Source: an uncultured cyanobacterium
GTDB lineage: Bacteria > Cyanobacteriota > Cyanobacteriia > Cyanobacteriales > Cyanobacteriaceae
Direction of reading: 5' to 3'
Assembly: GCA_963710605.1 (NCBI GenBank)
Contig: CAVQBA010000004.1
Coordinates: 1,120,001-1,184,000, forward strand
DNA length: 64,000 nucleotides
A model generated the notes under the pieces. It searched no databases. It had not been told where the DNA came from and saw nothing but the letters and a program-made list of their open reading frames with translations. A program made the translations under genes and the position numbers. Below are positions 30,708 through 41,814 of this stretch, in pieces (position 1 is the first letter of the stretch; each line of letters starts with the position of its first letter).

Positions 30708-31311
30708 ATGGATACATTCTCAGCAATCAAAGAAAGACGATCGGTTAAACATTATGATTCTAGTCATCAAATGACTGATCAAGAAATTAAAGACTTGATG
30801 GGATATACTCTTTTATCTCCTACCTCTTTTAATATGCAAAATTGGCGTTTTTTGGTAGTGAAAGACCAAGAAATAAAAGATCAACTAAAAGCGGCTTCTT
30901 GGAATCAATCTCAAGTAGGTGATGCATCGATCGTAATTTTGCTTTGTGGTGATTTAAACTCATGGGCAAAAGAGCCACAAAGATACTTGGCGTAATACCC
31001 CAGAAAAAGTTCAATCGCAAATGGTGCCAATGATTGGCGGTTTCTATAAAGAGAACGAACAATTACAAAGAGATGAAGCAATGCGATCGGTAGGTATGGC
31101 AGGGCAAACTATTATGTTAGCGGCTAAGGCAATGGATTATGATACTTGTGCAATGATTGGTTTTGATCCTAAAAAGGTAGCCCAGATAGTTAATTTACCT
31201 GATGATTACGTTTTAGGGATGATGATTGTGGTGGGTAAGGCGGCTCAACCTGCGAATCCTCGCTCTGGGCAATTAGATATGTCTGAGGTTGTTTCTTTTG
31301 ATAAATTTTAA
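30708..31311 (+). CDS. Nitroreductase-family protein, split by a +1 frameshift at ~30987
   Basis: ERRSVKHY and SPTSFNMQNWRF; removing one T gives RYWRNTPEKVQSQM joined to MLAAKAMDYDTC..GFD. Confidence 0.85.
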
Positions 31312-31419
31312 TGCTTGATTGATTAGTTTTAATTAAAACGTTTTTTAAACAACCTTTGTTTTTAATTGTGTTTAGGGCAATTAGATATTATATTAAGGAT
31401 AAAAACTATAGTTCGATTT

Positions 31420-31878
31420 ATGCGGAAGAAAGAATTTAGATTAGGGGAAATGTTTAAAGATTGAAATTTTCTAAAGGTTATTCATATCACGGAAAATATA
31501 GTTTCTAAAATACTATCGATCGCCCTTGTAATAATTATATTCGTTTCTATTTTTGAATTAGTAATCGTATTAGCACGAGATTTATTGACGATTGAACCAT
31601 CTGGTTTTTTTAATATTACTTTGATTGAGATTTTTGGTTTTTTCCTTAATATTTTAATTGCCTTAGAACTACTAGAAAATATCACAGTTTACCTTAAAAA
31701 ACATATAGTTCAATTGGAATTAGTTTTGACAACTGCTTTGATAGCTGTAGCTAGAAAAATTATTATTTTTGATACTAATAAGTACGAAAAAATGGATTTA
31801 ATTGCTTTAGGTGTTGCCACAATTTGTTTAGCGGCAAGTTATTGGTTAGTTCGTTATAGTCATCAGAAAAAACCTTAA
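31420..31878 (+). CDS. Phosphate-starvation-inducible PsiE-family membrane protein with an in-frame TGA at 31462
   Basis: FLNILIALELLENITVYL..ALIAVARKIII; upstream in-frame MRKKEFRLGEMFKD*NFLKVIH. Confidence 0.75.
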
Positions 31879-31904
31879 AAGTAAAAAGTGGAAAGTATTG
31901 ATTA

Positions 31905-32102
31905 TCAATTATCAATTGCTATGTATTTTTCAAGAATATTTAATACTTGTGTACGATTAAAAGGTTTTAAAATGTAGTCTGTCGCACCAAGACTATAACT
32001 TTTATGTTTCTCATCAACGATTGTCATCATCACCACAGGAATATGAGCTGTAACGCTCTTAGCTTTAAGCTAAGACAAAACATCCCATCCATCTTTTTGC
32101 AT
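31905..32102 (-). pseudogene. Response-regulator receiver-domain fragment
   Basis: MQKDGWDVLS*LKAKSVTAHIPVVMMT..GATDYILKPF, the C-terminal half of a receiver domain with an internal stop. Confidence 0.7.
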
Positions 32103-32546
32103 AATTAATGTTTTCTTAATCTATCTTTAAACTATTTTATTAGATTAACTCGAATTATAATATAAAGTTTTAATGATGTATCTTGTTTAATTACAACCTT
32201 TTCTTCTAAATAAATTAAGAAATTGATTACTGCCTTTAATAACCCTTCTTTACTTGTAGTTCAAAATTTGGTTGTTAATCGATTGCATCAAAATACAAAT
32301 CAAAAATAAATAAGCAAAAAAAAAACTCCATCAAATTTATAGCATAGTCATCAATTTTTTTAATTAAGACATTTAGATTAAGTCCCCTATCTCCCGAGGG
32401 GGATAGAGAAGGGATAAAAAAATTTTAATTAATTGACTAGTTGCTACAGTGATGGAGAAATCAGCTCAAAACTTATTTTTACTGACTATTCAAAGTTTTT
32501 ACAGTTTTAATAAACTTTGACCAAAATATTGGTATTAAAATTTGAC

Positions 32547-33740
32547 TTAGTGATGATGGTGATCGTGATTATGATTATGATCATGATTATGATCGTGTTG
32601 ATGATCGTGTCCGTGATTATGTTGATGACCACTAGTAGTGTCAATTGTACTAGCTAAACTAGGAGTAATAGCCATTTCTTCTTCATTTAATAAAGATTCA
32701 ATTAATGGATTAACCCAATCAGCGGCGATCGCACAAAATTCTTTATTATCGTTGACACATTCCATTTGCACACAAGTAACTTGTGGATTTTTTTTCTTTA
32801 AAGCCTCAATAATATGTTCAACATCGAGTAAAGTTTCATGATTTTCAGTCACAAAACCGATCGGCATGAAAACTAAAGCTTTAGCACCTAAATCAATCAG
32901 ATTTTGACCTGCTAAGTGAGCATTAGGTTGAGTCCATTTAATCATTGGTGTTTGATGATTTAACCAACCCACAGAAATTAAAGGATAACGATGCATTAGT
33001 TTTTCTCTAGCTAATTCATAGAGTTGCTGACTTTCATCAATTCCAGAGGTGAAACCTTTAGCTTCATGAGGACAACCATGATTCATTAACACAATCCCAA
33101 TCTGGGAAGGCACATAGGCTTTGCTGAGTTTGTCTTGAATCTCTTGTTCAACTAATTTACCAATTAAATCAATATATTTAGGCTCATTATAAAATGAAGG
33201 TAAGTAACGTACACCTTTTACCCAATGCTCTTCATCCTCAGGATGTTTAGCTAAACCTTCGTTGATTTGCTCGACGGCGATACCACTAGTAAAGATTGAA
33301 TCTACTACCAATAGCGGATAAATCATAATTTTACTAAAACCTTCAGCTTTGATTTCCTCTAATACTTGAGAAGGTAAGAAAGGTTGACAAAAATTGAATG
33401 CTTTAAATACTTTAACTTTGTCACCCCATTTGTCTTGTAAGGAATGTTCAATATTATGACGTTGACGTTCAAAAATGGCATTATGAGGCGAAATGAAATT
33501 ACCATGTTGATGACTCCATTCGTGTAAGTCAAATATAGCTAAAAGTTTAGCAAGTGGAGGATAAATCCATGTTGGTACAGGAGCAAATTTAGCGGTTAAT
33601 AAATTTAAGGCTTCTTCGTTGTAATTAGCAAAGTCTTCATAACTTTCTACTTCGCCGTATCCCATTAATAAAACCGCAACTTTATCGTTGGAATTGGATG
33701 TCTGTTCGGAATGAATTGTTCTTTCTGGAGTAGCTACCAC
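32547..33740 (-). CDS. hemH: Ferrochelatase-family protein with a His-rich C-terminal tail
   Basis: VLLMGYG, YPL, NHG and GFVTENHETL; tail HQHNHGHDHQHDHNH..HHH. Confidence 0.8.
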   Translation of the reverse strand: MVATPERTIHSEQTSNSNDKVAVLLMGYGEVESYEDFANYNEEALNLLTAKFAPVPTWIYPPLAKLLAIFDLHEWSHQHGNFISPHNAIFERQRHNIEHSLQDKWGDKVKVFKAFNFCQPFLPSQVLEEIKAEGFSKIMIYPLLVVDSIFTSGIAVEQINEGLAKHPEDEEHWVKGVRYLPSFYNEPKYIDLIGKLVEQEIQDKLSKAYVPSQIGIVLMNHGCPHEAKGFTSGIDESQQLYELAREKLMHRYPLISVGWLNHQTPMIKWTQPNAHLAGQNLIDLGAKALVFMPIGFVTENHETLLDVEHIIEALKKKNPQVTCVQMECVNDNKEFCAIAADWVNPLIESLLNEEEMAITPSLASTIDTTSGHQHNHGHDHQHDHNHDHNHNHDHHHH

Positions 33741-34137
33741 AGTTTTTTATTTATAGATTTTAAGATGAATGATGACTAGTTTTAAATACTAGTGCTAATA
33801 TCCATTATAATCAGATAATTTTTACTGTACGCCTAATTTAATTTTGTTTAACAATGATCGTCATAATGTGATTTAACTTCATCAAATTTATCTTGGTTAT
33901 GGTGGTATCTACACAAACAAAAGCGTTATTATTACCAAACTTTAAGTTTTCGATCGCTTGATTTTACAAAACTATAAATTGGTTAATGAATTCGTAATCC
34001 GGAATACTTCTACAGACACACAAAGTAAAGCGTAAAGAGCAAGAAATATTGTCAATTGTTCGTTACTCATTTTATCTTCTCAAAAAAAATCACCATAATC
34101 ACTCAAAGTTGTTAGAATATACCACCAATAGAGTGTA

Positions 34138-35967
34138 GTGAGAAATAAATTAATGATAAATCTATATAAGCTCAAAAAGAATATCTTCAAAAGTAAGCTA
34201 ATTAAATTTACTGTTATTTTCATCACCACCATAATAGTTTTTTTAGGGCAAACGAGTTTAGTACAAGCTCAATTCCAACTAGGTGTTTTAGAGCAAAATC
34301 AACCCCTGTCGCCCTTACCAGAAGGAGTAGATAGATATGGAGCGATCGAAGTGGCGATAGTTAACTCACCTATTGATGGCACTCAATTATTTCCCGTTAC
34401 ATCTTCTACCGTTATCGATTGAAATAGCCTCAATGAAAAAGATTTTCCTGTCGAAGTTAGAGCCAGAGAAATTAGCGAAAATATTAAAAGAGTATTGTAC
34501 GGTAAATTTAAAGTAATTAAAAATATCGAAATATCCAAAAATCTACAAATATTCACCACAACCTTAAATAATCAGCCCGTAATACAAGTTAGCGACAAAA
34601 AAATTACTCGCCCGATTAAATTAGTGACAGTTACTGATTTAGATGCTGATTTTGCAGGTAAAACTCCTGAGCAATTAGCCCAAGAATGGAAAGAAATTTT
34701 ACGAGATGAGTTGATTAGAGGCGTAAAACTATTATCACCTGAAGAATTAAGAAAAAGACTTCTTACTGCTGGACAAATTTTGATTGTAGCAATAGGTGTG
34801 AGTCTTTTATTATGGTTAGCTCAAAAATTCGTTAACCGTAAATTATTAAAATTAAAAACCCAACAAGCAGAAGAATTAGCAAAGCACAGCATACAACAAA
34901 AGAATAAAAGTTTCGATCCTAATCGAGATTCACTGATTGCAATGCGATCGCATTTTATCGATCGAATCAGAAATAAATTTAGTTTACAAAAACCGATTAA
35001 TCTCTATTCTTTTGGGCAGTGGTTATTATTTTGGTGTCAGGTTATTTTGTGGTATCTCACTATCATTAGGGTTTGTGCCACCATACCAGTTTTAATGCAA
35101 TATCAAAATTGGGTTTTGGCTTTTCCCTTAGATATATTATTGGTTTGTTTTTTAGTTAGCGTCGGGATTAAACTAAGTAACAATATCATCGATCGTATCT
35201 TTAATGCTTGGAAAGAGCGTAAATTTATTTCTCTAGGTGAAATTCAACGTAAAGAAGTACGTACCGAAACAATTTCTAAAGCAGTTAAAGGATTAGTTAA
35301 CTTTTTATTCGTCTTTTTTGCGATCGCTTCTATTTTAGACTTATTTGGTATTTCCACTTCTTCAATTGTTGCAGGGGGTGCGGTAATCGGTGTCGCTGTT
35401 TCTTTAGGCTCACAAAACGTGATTAAAGATTTAGTTAATGGTTTTTTAATCCTAGCAGAAGATCAATATGCCGTCGGTGATGTTATCGGGATTGGTAACG
35501 TTTCGGGTTTAGTCGAAAATTTAAACTTACGAGTCACCCAAATTCGTAGTCCAGAAGGTAGTTTAGTTACTATACCTAATAGCTCGATTACTCAAGTCGA
35601 AAACTTAACCAGAAATTGGTCTAGAGTTAATTTTACCATTACGATCGCTCATGCTAAAGATCTCGATTTAGCTTTAAAATTATTGACTGATATTGGTCAA
35701 AAAATGCACCAAGATGTACAATGGCGAGAGCAAATTGTCGAAGCCCCAGAAGTTTTAGGAGTAGATGAAATTAATTATGAGGGTTTGTTAATTCGAGTTT
35801 GGATTAGTACCGAGCCTTTACAACAATGGAGTATCGGTCGAGAATATCGTTATCGAGTCAGTAAGGTATTTGCTGAGCATCATATCGAAACTGGTAAAGT
35901 TCAATTACTTAATTCTTATCCATCACTTCCTTCTTTACAAACGGGAGAAAAAGTTCAGACTAATTGA
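34138..35967 (+). CDS. Mechanosensitive ion channel (MscS family) with an in-frame TGA at 34420
   Basis: The two ORFs share a frame; SLGSQNVIKD..EDQYAVGDVI..GLVENLNLRVTQIR..TIPN. Confidence 0.85.
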
Positions 35968-36254
35968 TGTGAAGCGATAATTTTCTCACTTGTCAGTATC
36001 AAGATTTTGAGGATTAAAGGATGACAGGATTATCTTTTTCTAATGGTGTATGTATTGAGTTAATATACAATCTATTTCTTGATATAGCAAAAAAACGAGA
36101 GAGTTAAGAGATAATTTTAGTTCAATTTATTGAACGGTTTCATTTTAGCCTTGAACTTAAGTTCAAGGCTAACCATACTTTCACCGTTAACTAACTTTCT
36201 AAGACAGATAGAAAATATCAACTAAGTAAACTAGATAATGAATGTCTTTTAATA

Positions 36255-36326
36255 AGCGGGTAACGCGATTCGAACGCGCGACATTCACCTTGGCAAGGTG
36301 ACGCTCTACCACTGAGCTATACCCGC
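36255..36326 (-). tRNA. tRNA-Gly (GCC)
   Basis: Minus strand GCGGGTATAGCTCAGTGGTAGAGCGTCACCTTGCCAAGGTGAATGTCGCGCGTTCGAATCGCGTTACCCGCT folds as a cloverleaf with anticodon GCC. Confidence 0.97.
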
Positions 36327-36459
36327 ATTTGGTACATTTAATATTATGGCGGAAAAAAGATTGGTTGTCAAGTAAAGACAAGTATTGTTAGTTAATTGTG
36401 ACTAAAATGTAACAATAAGCGATAATTAATTAAGATCTTTAATTAAGTAATGTCTGACT

Positions 36460-36930
36460 ATGATCATGGAAAATAAAAAAGATTTAACTCCACCAACAAT
36501 AAGTTACTGGCACGTTTGGACAGACGATCAAGGAGTAAGCCATCAAACAAAATGTGAATTAACTAATTTCAAGAAAGAAAGTATGAGTGGCGATGCCGCA
36601 CCACAATGGAATAATCGTTTATTAACTGCCGAATCAAAAATTGTTTTTGCTGAATTACCTGTTGGTTGGGTAGGAGAATGGCACGAAAATCCGCAACCGC
36701 AATGGATTATACCTTTATCAGGTACTTGGTTTGTAGAAACAATGGACGGTGAAAGGGTAGAAATGGGTGTAGGGGAAGCTTCTTTCGGTGGTGATCAAAA
36801 TACTAAAGCGAATGAGAAAGGACTCGTAGGACATCTTTCTGGTACGGTAGGTGATGTTCCTGCTAAGCTAATGATTGTTCAATTAGAAGGCGATCGTTTT
36901 GTTGGGTTAAAACCGGGCGACTTAAAGTAG
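36460..36930 (+). CDS. Cupin-domain protein
   Basis: WHENPQPQWIIPLSGTWFVETMDG..GH. Confidence 0.8.
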   Translation: MIMENKKDLTPPTISYWHVWTDDQGVSHQTKCELTNFKKESMSGDAAPQWNNRLLTAESKIVFAELPVGWVGEWHENPQPQWIIPLSGTWFVETMDGERVEMGVGEASFGGDQNTKANEKGLVGHLSGTVGDVPAKLMIVQLEGDRFVGLKPGDLK

Positions 36931-37100
36931 TTAAAAGTTAAGAGTTAAGAGTTAAGAGTTAAGAGTTATCTCTTTTGCAATATTGAGGGTTTGTCTGTGA
37001 TTCTATTGTAATCTGTTTGCTAGAAGTAGATTGAATTGTACAATAGAAGACGATCGATAAAGTTTGCAATTTTTTTAATCAGTAGATAATAAATTCAAGA

Positions 37101-38069
37101 ATGGATATTAAAGACGGTTTTGTAGGTACGATCGGTAACACTCCTTTGATTCGTCTCAATAGCTTCAGTGAAGAAACAGGATGCGAAATATTAGGTAAAG
37201 CTGAATTTTTAAATCCTGGTGGTTCGGTGAAAGATAGAGCGGCGTTATATATTATTCAAAAAGCAGAAGAAGAAGGAAAATTAAAACCCGGAGGTACTGT
37301 AGTAGAAGGTACAGCAGGTAATACAGGTATTGGTTTAGCACATATATGTAACGCTAAAGGATATAAATGTGTGATAGTCATACCTGAAACACAATCTCAA
37401 GAAAAAATGGATGCTCTCAAGATGTTGGGGGCAGAAGTTAGGGCAGTACCTGCCGTACCCTACAAAAATCCGAATAACTACGTCAAACTCTCAGGTAGAA
37501 TCGCTGAGGAAATGGAAAATGCAATCTGGGCAAATCAATTTGATAATTTAGCTAACCGTCAAGCTCATTACGAAACAACAGGAAAAGAAATTTGGGAGCA
37601 AACTGATGGTAAAGTCTCAGCTTGGGTCGCCGCAACTGGTACAGGAGGAACATTTGCCGGTGTTTCTTTATTTCTCAAAGAGAAAAATCCTCAGATTAAA
37701 TGTGTTTTAGCCGATCCTATGGGTAGTGGTTTGTATAGCTATATTAAAACAGGCGAAATTAACGTAACTGGTAGTTCGGTAACCGAAGGTATCGGGAACA
37801 GTCGTATAACGGCTAATATGGAAGATGTAGCGATCGATGATGCTATTCAAGTAGATGATCACGAAGCATTACGAGTAATTAATCAATTATTAAATAAAGA
37901 AGGCTTATTTATGGGTGGCTCAGTTGGAATTAATGTGGGGGCGGCAGTCGCCTTAGCTAAACAATTAGGTCCAGGACATACGATCGTTACGGTATTATGT
38001 GATAGTGGAGCTCGTTATCAATCTCGTCTTTATAACCCTGAGTGGCTCAAATCCAAAGGTTTAGTCTAA
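37101..38069 (+). CDS. cysK: Cysteine synthase
   Basis: KAEFLNPGGSVKDR (PLP lysine), GTAGNTG and GTGGT. Confidence 0.93.
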   Translation: MDIKDGFVGTIGNTPLIRLNSFSEETGCEILGKAEFLNPGGSVKDRAALYIIQKAEEEGKLKPGGTVVEGTAGNTGIGLAHICNAKGYKCVIVIPETQSQEKMDALKMLGAEVRAVPAVPYKNPNNYVKLSGRIAEEMENAIWANQFDNLANRQAHYETTGKEIWEQTDGKVSAWVAATGTGGTFAGVSLFLKEKNPQIKCVLADPMGSGLYSYIKTGEINVTGSSVTEGIGNSRITANMEDVAIDDAIQVDDHEALRVINQLLNKEGLFMGGSVGINVGAAVALAKQLGPGHTIVTVLCDSGARYQSRLYNPEWLKSKGLV

Positions 38070-38108
38070 CAATTAACAATTAACAATTAACAATTAACAA
38101 TTAACAAT
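38067..38108. repeat. STRR heptamer (TAACAAT)x6; other heptamer runs at ~12172, ~36935, ~53746 and ~60241
   Basis: Read directly from the sequence. Confidence 0.9.
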
Positions 38109-38109
38109 T

Positions 38110-38304
38110 ATGAATTTTTTTCGCTCTCAAATCGTTCCTATTTTTACTATTATTATCGCTTTATTTGGCTTAGTCGTAGTAAGTGCTCGTAGTTTCATTG
38201 GTACTGATTTATCTGCACCTGCACCAATTGAAAGTGTTTATTTCACATCACAATCACAATCACAACCACCAACAAGCTCATTAACTCCAAATATTAATCA
38301 TTAA
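38110..38304 (+). CDS. Small membrane hypothetical protein
   Basis: 64 aa with one TM helix, ..LVVVSARSF..DLSAPAP. Confidence 0.65.
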   Translation: MNFFRSQIVPIFTIIIALFGLVVVSARSFIGTDLSAPAPIESVYFTSQSQSQPPTSSLTPNINH

Positions 38305-38362
38305 TCAATCATTAACCTGTAGCCAATTGAATAATTAATCAAATACGATCGATCTCATTAAA

Positions 38363-38770
38363 ATGAATTTACCGATCGAAAGAATTAAATTATCCCAAAA
38401 AGGCAAAGAACAATTAAGTAAACTCAAAAGAATCACTAAAATTGAAAATTGGAATATATTATGTCGCTGGGCATTTTGTCGCTCTTTAGCCGAGTCAGGA
38501 AATCCTGCACCTTACCCAATACCTCAAGATAGTAACTTAGAAATGAATTGGCAAACTTTTGGTGGAGAAATGGCAGACATTTTGTTATTTTCGTTGATGG
38601 TAAGATGCTCTCAAAACGGATTACCCACAGATGCAGAAACTCTCAATCAGCAATTTAGGTTACATTTACACAGAGGTATTGGTTATTTAATTGGTGATTT
38701 GAACCTTAAAGGCATTGAAAATTTACTCGAACTATCTTTAACTAACGTTACTGTTGATGATGAATCGTAA
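38363..38770 (+). CDS. dndE: DNA sulfur modification protein DndE
   Basis: IKLSQKGKEQL.KLKR.T.I..WNILCRWAFCRSLAE..W.TFGG..FRLHLHRGIGYL. Confidence 0.85.
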   Translation: MNLPIERIKLSQKGKEQLSKLKRITKIENWNILCRWAFCRSLAESGNPAPYPIPQDSNLEMNWQTFGGEMADILLFSLMVRCSQNGLPTDAETLNQQFRLHLHRGIGYLIGDLNLKGIENLLELSLTNVTVDDES

Positions 38771-38879
38771 TATTCACCTATTTTTATTAGCACGATTGTT
38801 TCATGATTACATTTTTGCGGATTATGTAAGTTAATGTTAACAAGCACGATGTAATAGGTGTGGAGATAATTCTTAATTA

Positions 38880-39884
38880 TCAACTGTCAACGGTTAATTG
38901 TTTTGCTTGATCTTGTTGTATGGCATTAATAATTCCTCTAACCTCAGAAGCACCTTCAGAGGCTTCAAATGAGAAAGGAAATTTACCCTTAGCCAATAAA
39001 CGAAAACCTAAAGGTAAGATACTTAATAATCCTTGTACATCTTGGAAATAATTACCGACTACCATAATCCCAAATTTACGCTCATCTAACCAACCATCAC
39101 TTTTAACCAAATCAATTAACACTTTACGGTGACGAATCGGACGACTAGAATTAGCATCTTTTTGGGCTAAAATCATCCCTTTAATTTTACTAATTTGATC
39201 TAAGGGTGCTACATCCATCGGACATACTTCATTACAAAGATAACAACGAGTACAACCCCAAACACCACCATCAATATCATCATACTGATTTAATCGATCG
39301 TTATTTTGGTCATCTCGATTATCTTCTACCATACGATAACTTTTAGCTAAAGCATGAGGACCAACAAAATTACTATTAACTTCTTTTGCGTTACATTCAG
39401 AATAACAAGCACCACACATGATACAGTTACCTGTCGCCTCTAGCTTCTCACGTTCGGCGGGTGTTTGTAAAAACTCTTTTTCAGGAATCTTCCGAGATTG
39501 AGTACTGATGTATGGCTCGATCGTTTCTAAATCTTGCCAAAAATTATTCATATCTACAACTAAATCTTTGAGTACAGGTAAGTTGTTTAAAGGGGCAACA
39601 ACTATCTCAGGAATACCATCAGCATTATTCGGATAAAACTTTTCTAATTCTCCTTTGACGTTTTCTTTACAAGCCAAAGCAGAGCGTCCATTAATTCTCA
39701 TCGCACAACTGCCACAAATAGTATTACGACAATTTTTCCGAAAAGCTAAACTACCATCCATTTCCCATTTAATTTTGTTAAGACATTCCAAGATTGTGTT
39801 AGCAGGATTTATATCTAGAGTATAACTTTCAAATTTTGGTGATATATTTGGTCTTTGACGCTGAATTTTGAAGATAACTTTCAT
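38880..39884 (-). CDS. sdhB: Succinate dehydrogenase/fumarate reductase iron-sulfur subunit
   Basis: CRNTICGSC, CIMCGAC and CTRCYLCNEVCP cluster motifs. Confidence 0.93.
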   Translation of the reverse strand: MKVIFKIQRQRPNISPKFESYTLDINPANTILECLNKIKWEMDGSLAFRKNCRNTICGSCAMRINGRSALACKENVKGELEKFYPNNADGIPEIVVAPLNNLPVLKDLVVDMNNFWQDLETIEPYISTQSRKIPEKEFLQTPAEREKLEATGNCIMCGACYSECNAKEVNSNFVGPHALAKSYRMVEDNRDDQNNDRLNQYDDIDGGVWGCTRCYLCNEVCPMDVAPLDQISKIKGMILAQKDANSSRPIRHRKVLIDLVKSDGWLDERKFGIMVVGNYFQDVQGLLSILPLGFRLLAKGKFPFSFEASEGASEVRGIINAIQQDQAKQLTVDS

Positions 39885-40302
39885 ATTAGAAGAACAAGAT
39901 TATTCGGATATATTATCTATTGTCCTGTGTTAATTTCAGAGTGACAAGGGGGGTTTGCTTAAGTTTTGTAAAAATCATTAAATTAATCTCACAATAGCCT
40001 AGTACAAAAACTTAAATTAAAAAGCTAATTATAAATAAATTGTAAAGTTTTTTCAATGTAGTTCATAAATATGATAAATAAGATAATTTATTTTTATCTT
40101 AGTTGTTAAGTATTTAAAGTGAAGTAAATAATAATCAGCAAGTATTTTTCTAGTGAGTTATTTAAAGAAAAACTTAAGTTTATCTGCTAAATTATTAATA
40201 ATCTAGCCAAAAAAGTTTTTTAAATGATGCTTTAATGATTCTTTTTTGTTATGATAAAACCTATAAAGAAATAAAAGCAACAAAAAAGGAAAAAATCGAA
40301 AT

Positions 40303-40674
40303 ATGACTGAAACAACACCTACTGCTTTAGAAGGTAAAGTTCTCTTACAAAAAGTTAAAGAGTTGTCAGATATTCCTCGTCGTCAGCGAGCAAAAGAATG
40401 TGGCTATTACAGTATAGGAAAAAACGGCAAAGAGCGTGTCAATTTAACTGCTTTTTATGATGCTGTGTTAGCGGCAAAAGGTGTACCTCTTGATCCTGAA
40501 AGAACCAAAGATGGTCGTGGTCGTGAAGCGACATTCAGAGTGAGTGTACACAAAAATAATCAAATTGTAATTGGTTCTAGTTACACCGAAAAAATGGGTT
40601 TAAAACCCGGAGACGAATTTGAAATCAAATTAGGTTATAAACATATTCATTTAAGACAATTAGAAGAAGAATAG
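40303..40674 (+). CDS. Cyanobacterial AbrB-like transcriptional regulator (cyAbrB)
   Basis: AKECGYY, FYDAVLAAKG, GRGRE..RVSVHKN and GLKPGDEFEIKLGYKHIHL. Confidence 0.92.
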   Translation: MTETTPTALEGKVLLQKVKELSDIPRRQRAKECGYYSIGKNGKERVNLTAFYDAVLAAKGVPLDPERTKDGRGREATFRVSVHKNNQIVIGSSYTEKMGLKPGDEFEIKLGYKHIHLRQLEEE

Positions 40675-40788
40675 GCATTAAATAAAGGTGATTTAAAAAA
40701 GATGTAATTCTAAAAGTTGAGATAAAATGGTAACTTTTAATCATAATTAAATTGTAACTATCTAATCTTCAATTGGAGGGATGACTCT

Positions 40789-41640
40789 TTGTTGAATAAC
40801 TTTAATAATCTTAATAATCTCAATTCTTTGCTGAAAACTGCTTTTTTTTTGATAATTTGGGCGGTTATCTGGTTACCCATTGTTTTAACTGTTTTACGGT
40901 TAAAACAATGGCAGAAACCCGCACCAAATACAAATCCAAATAAACTAACTTTAATTCTTTCTCTCTACTCTATTACACCTATTTTGACCTATGGGGTAGT
41001 AAAAGTAGAGAGTATCTCTTTAGCAGAATTAGGAATTACTTGGCAAGCTAGTTTCTTTCAGTCTATCTTATTTGGTTACTGTTTGAGTATTGCCACACTT
41101 TTCCTTGGCTATTATCTCCAGTTAAGCTTTGGTGGGCTAGAGTTTAAGCAAAAGCCCGAACCTGAATCAAATTTGATTATTACCTTCTCTTCACTGGTGG
41201 TGGTTAGTTTTGTGATTGGCTTGGTAGAAGAGCTTGTTTTTCGTGGTATTATTGTGTATTTTTTAGCTGACGATTATGGTATTTGGTTGACGGCTATTAT
41301 TAGTGGTGTAATTTTTGCTTTGCTACACTTAGTCTGGGAGCAGAAAAATACAATTCCTCAGTTACCTGGTTTGTGGTTTATGGGGTTAATCCTTTTTTAT
41401 GCTCGTTTGATTAATGATGGTAGTTTAGGGTTAGCTATTGGTTTACACAGTGGTTGGGTACTAATTTTGGCTTGTGTCGATACATTTGATTTGTTTAATT
41501 ATGATTCTGATATTATGGGATGGTTGAGTGGCAAAAAAGATCAGCCTTTAGGTAGTTTTATTGGTTTAATGATTTTATTTTTGACTTTATTTTGTTTATT
41601 TGTCGCTAATAATTGGGGTAAGATAACGATCGTAGTTTGA
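40789..41640 (+). CDS. CPBP-family intramembrane metalloprotease
   Basis: EELVFRG, FALLH and GLHSGW. Confidence 0.88.
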   Translation: MLNNFNNLNNLNSLLKTAFFLIIWAVIWLPIVLTVLRLKQWQKPAPNTNPNKLTLILSLYSITPILTYGVVKVESISLAELGITWQASFFQSILFGYCLSIATLFLGYYLQLSFGGLEFKQKPEPESNLIITFSSLVVVSFVIGLVEELVFRGIIVYFLADDYGIWLTAIISGVIFALLHLVWEQKNTIPQLPGLWFMGLILFYARLINDGSLGLAIGLHSGWVLILACVDTFDLFNYDSDIMGWLSGKKDQPLGSFIGLMILFLTLFCLFVANNWGKITIVV

Positions 41641-41814
41641 TAAATTGATAATTGATAAGTCAAATTGAACTATCAAAATGATTAAATTGTTTTATTAAAG
41701 CAATTTAAAGATTAAATCTTTTTTTTTCGCCTAACAAATTTGAAAGTTTTGGGAAAAACAAGATGGTAACTGAAAATTTGTCAAGACACTTAAGAAATAA
41801 ATTTAAAAATTTAA

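Noticed and set aside
36255-36326. tRNA-Gly as a genomic island attachment site
   Set aside because: No integrase and no duplicated tRNA 3' fragment seen; the flanks are ordinary genes
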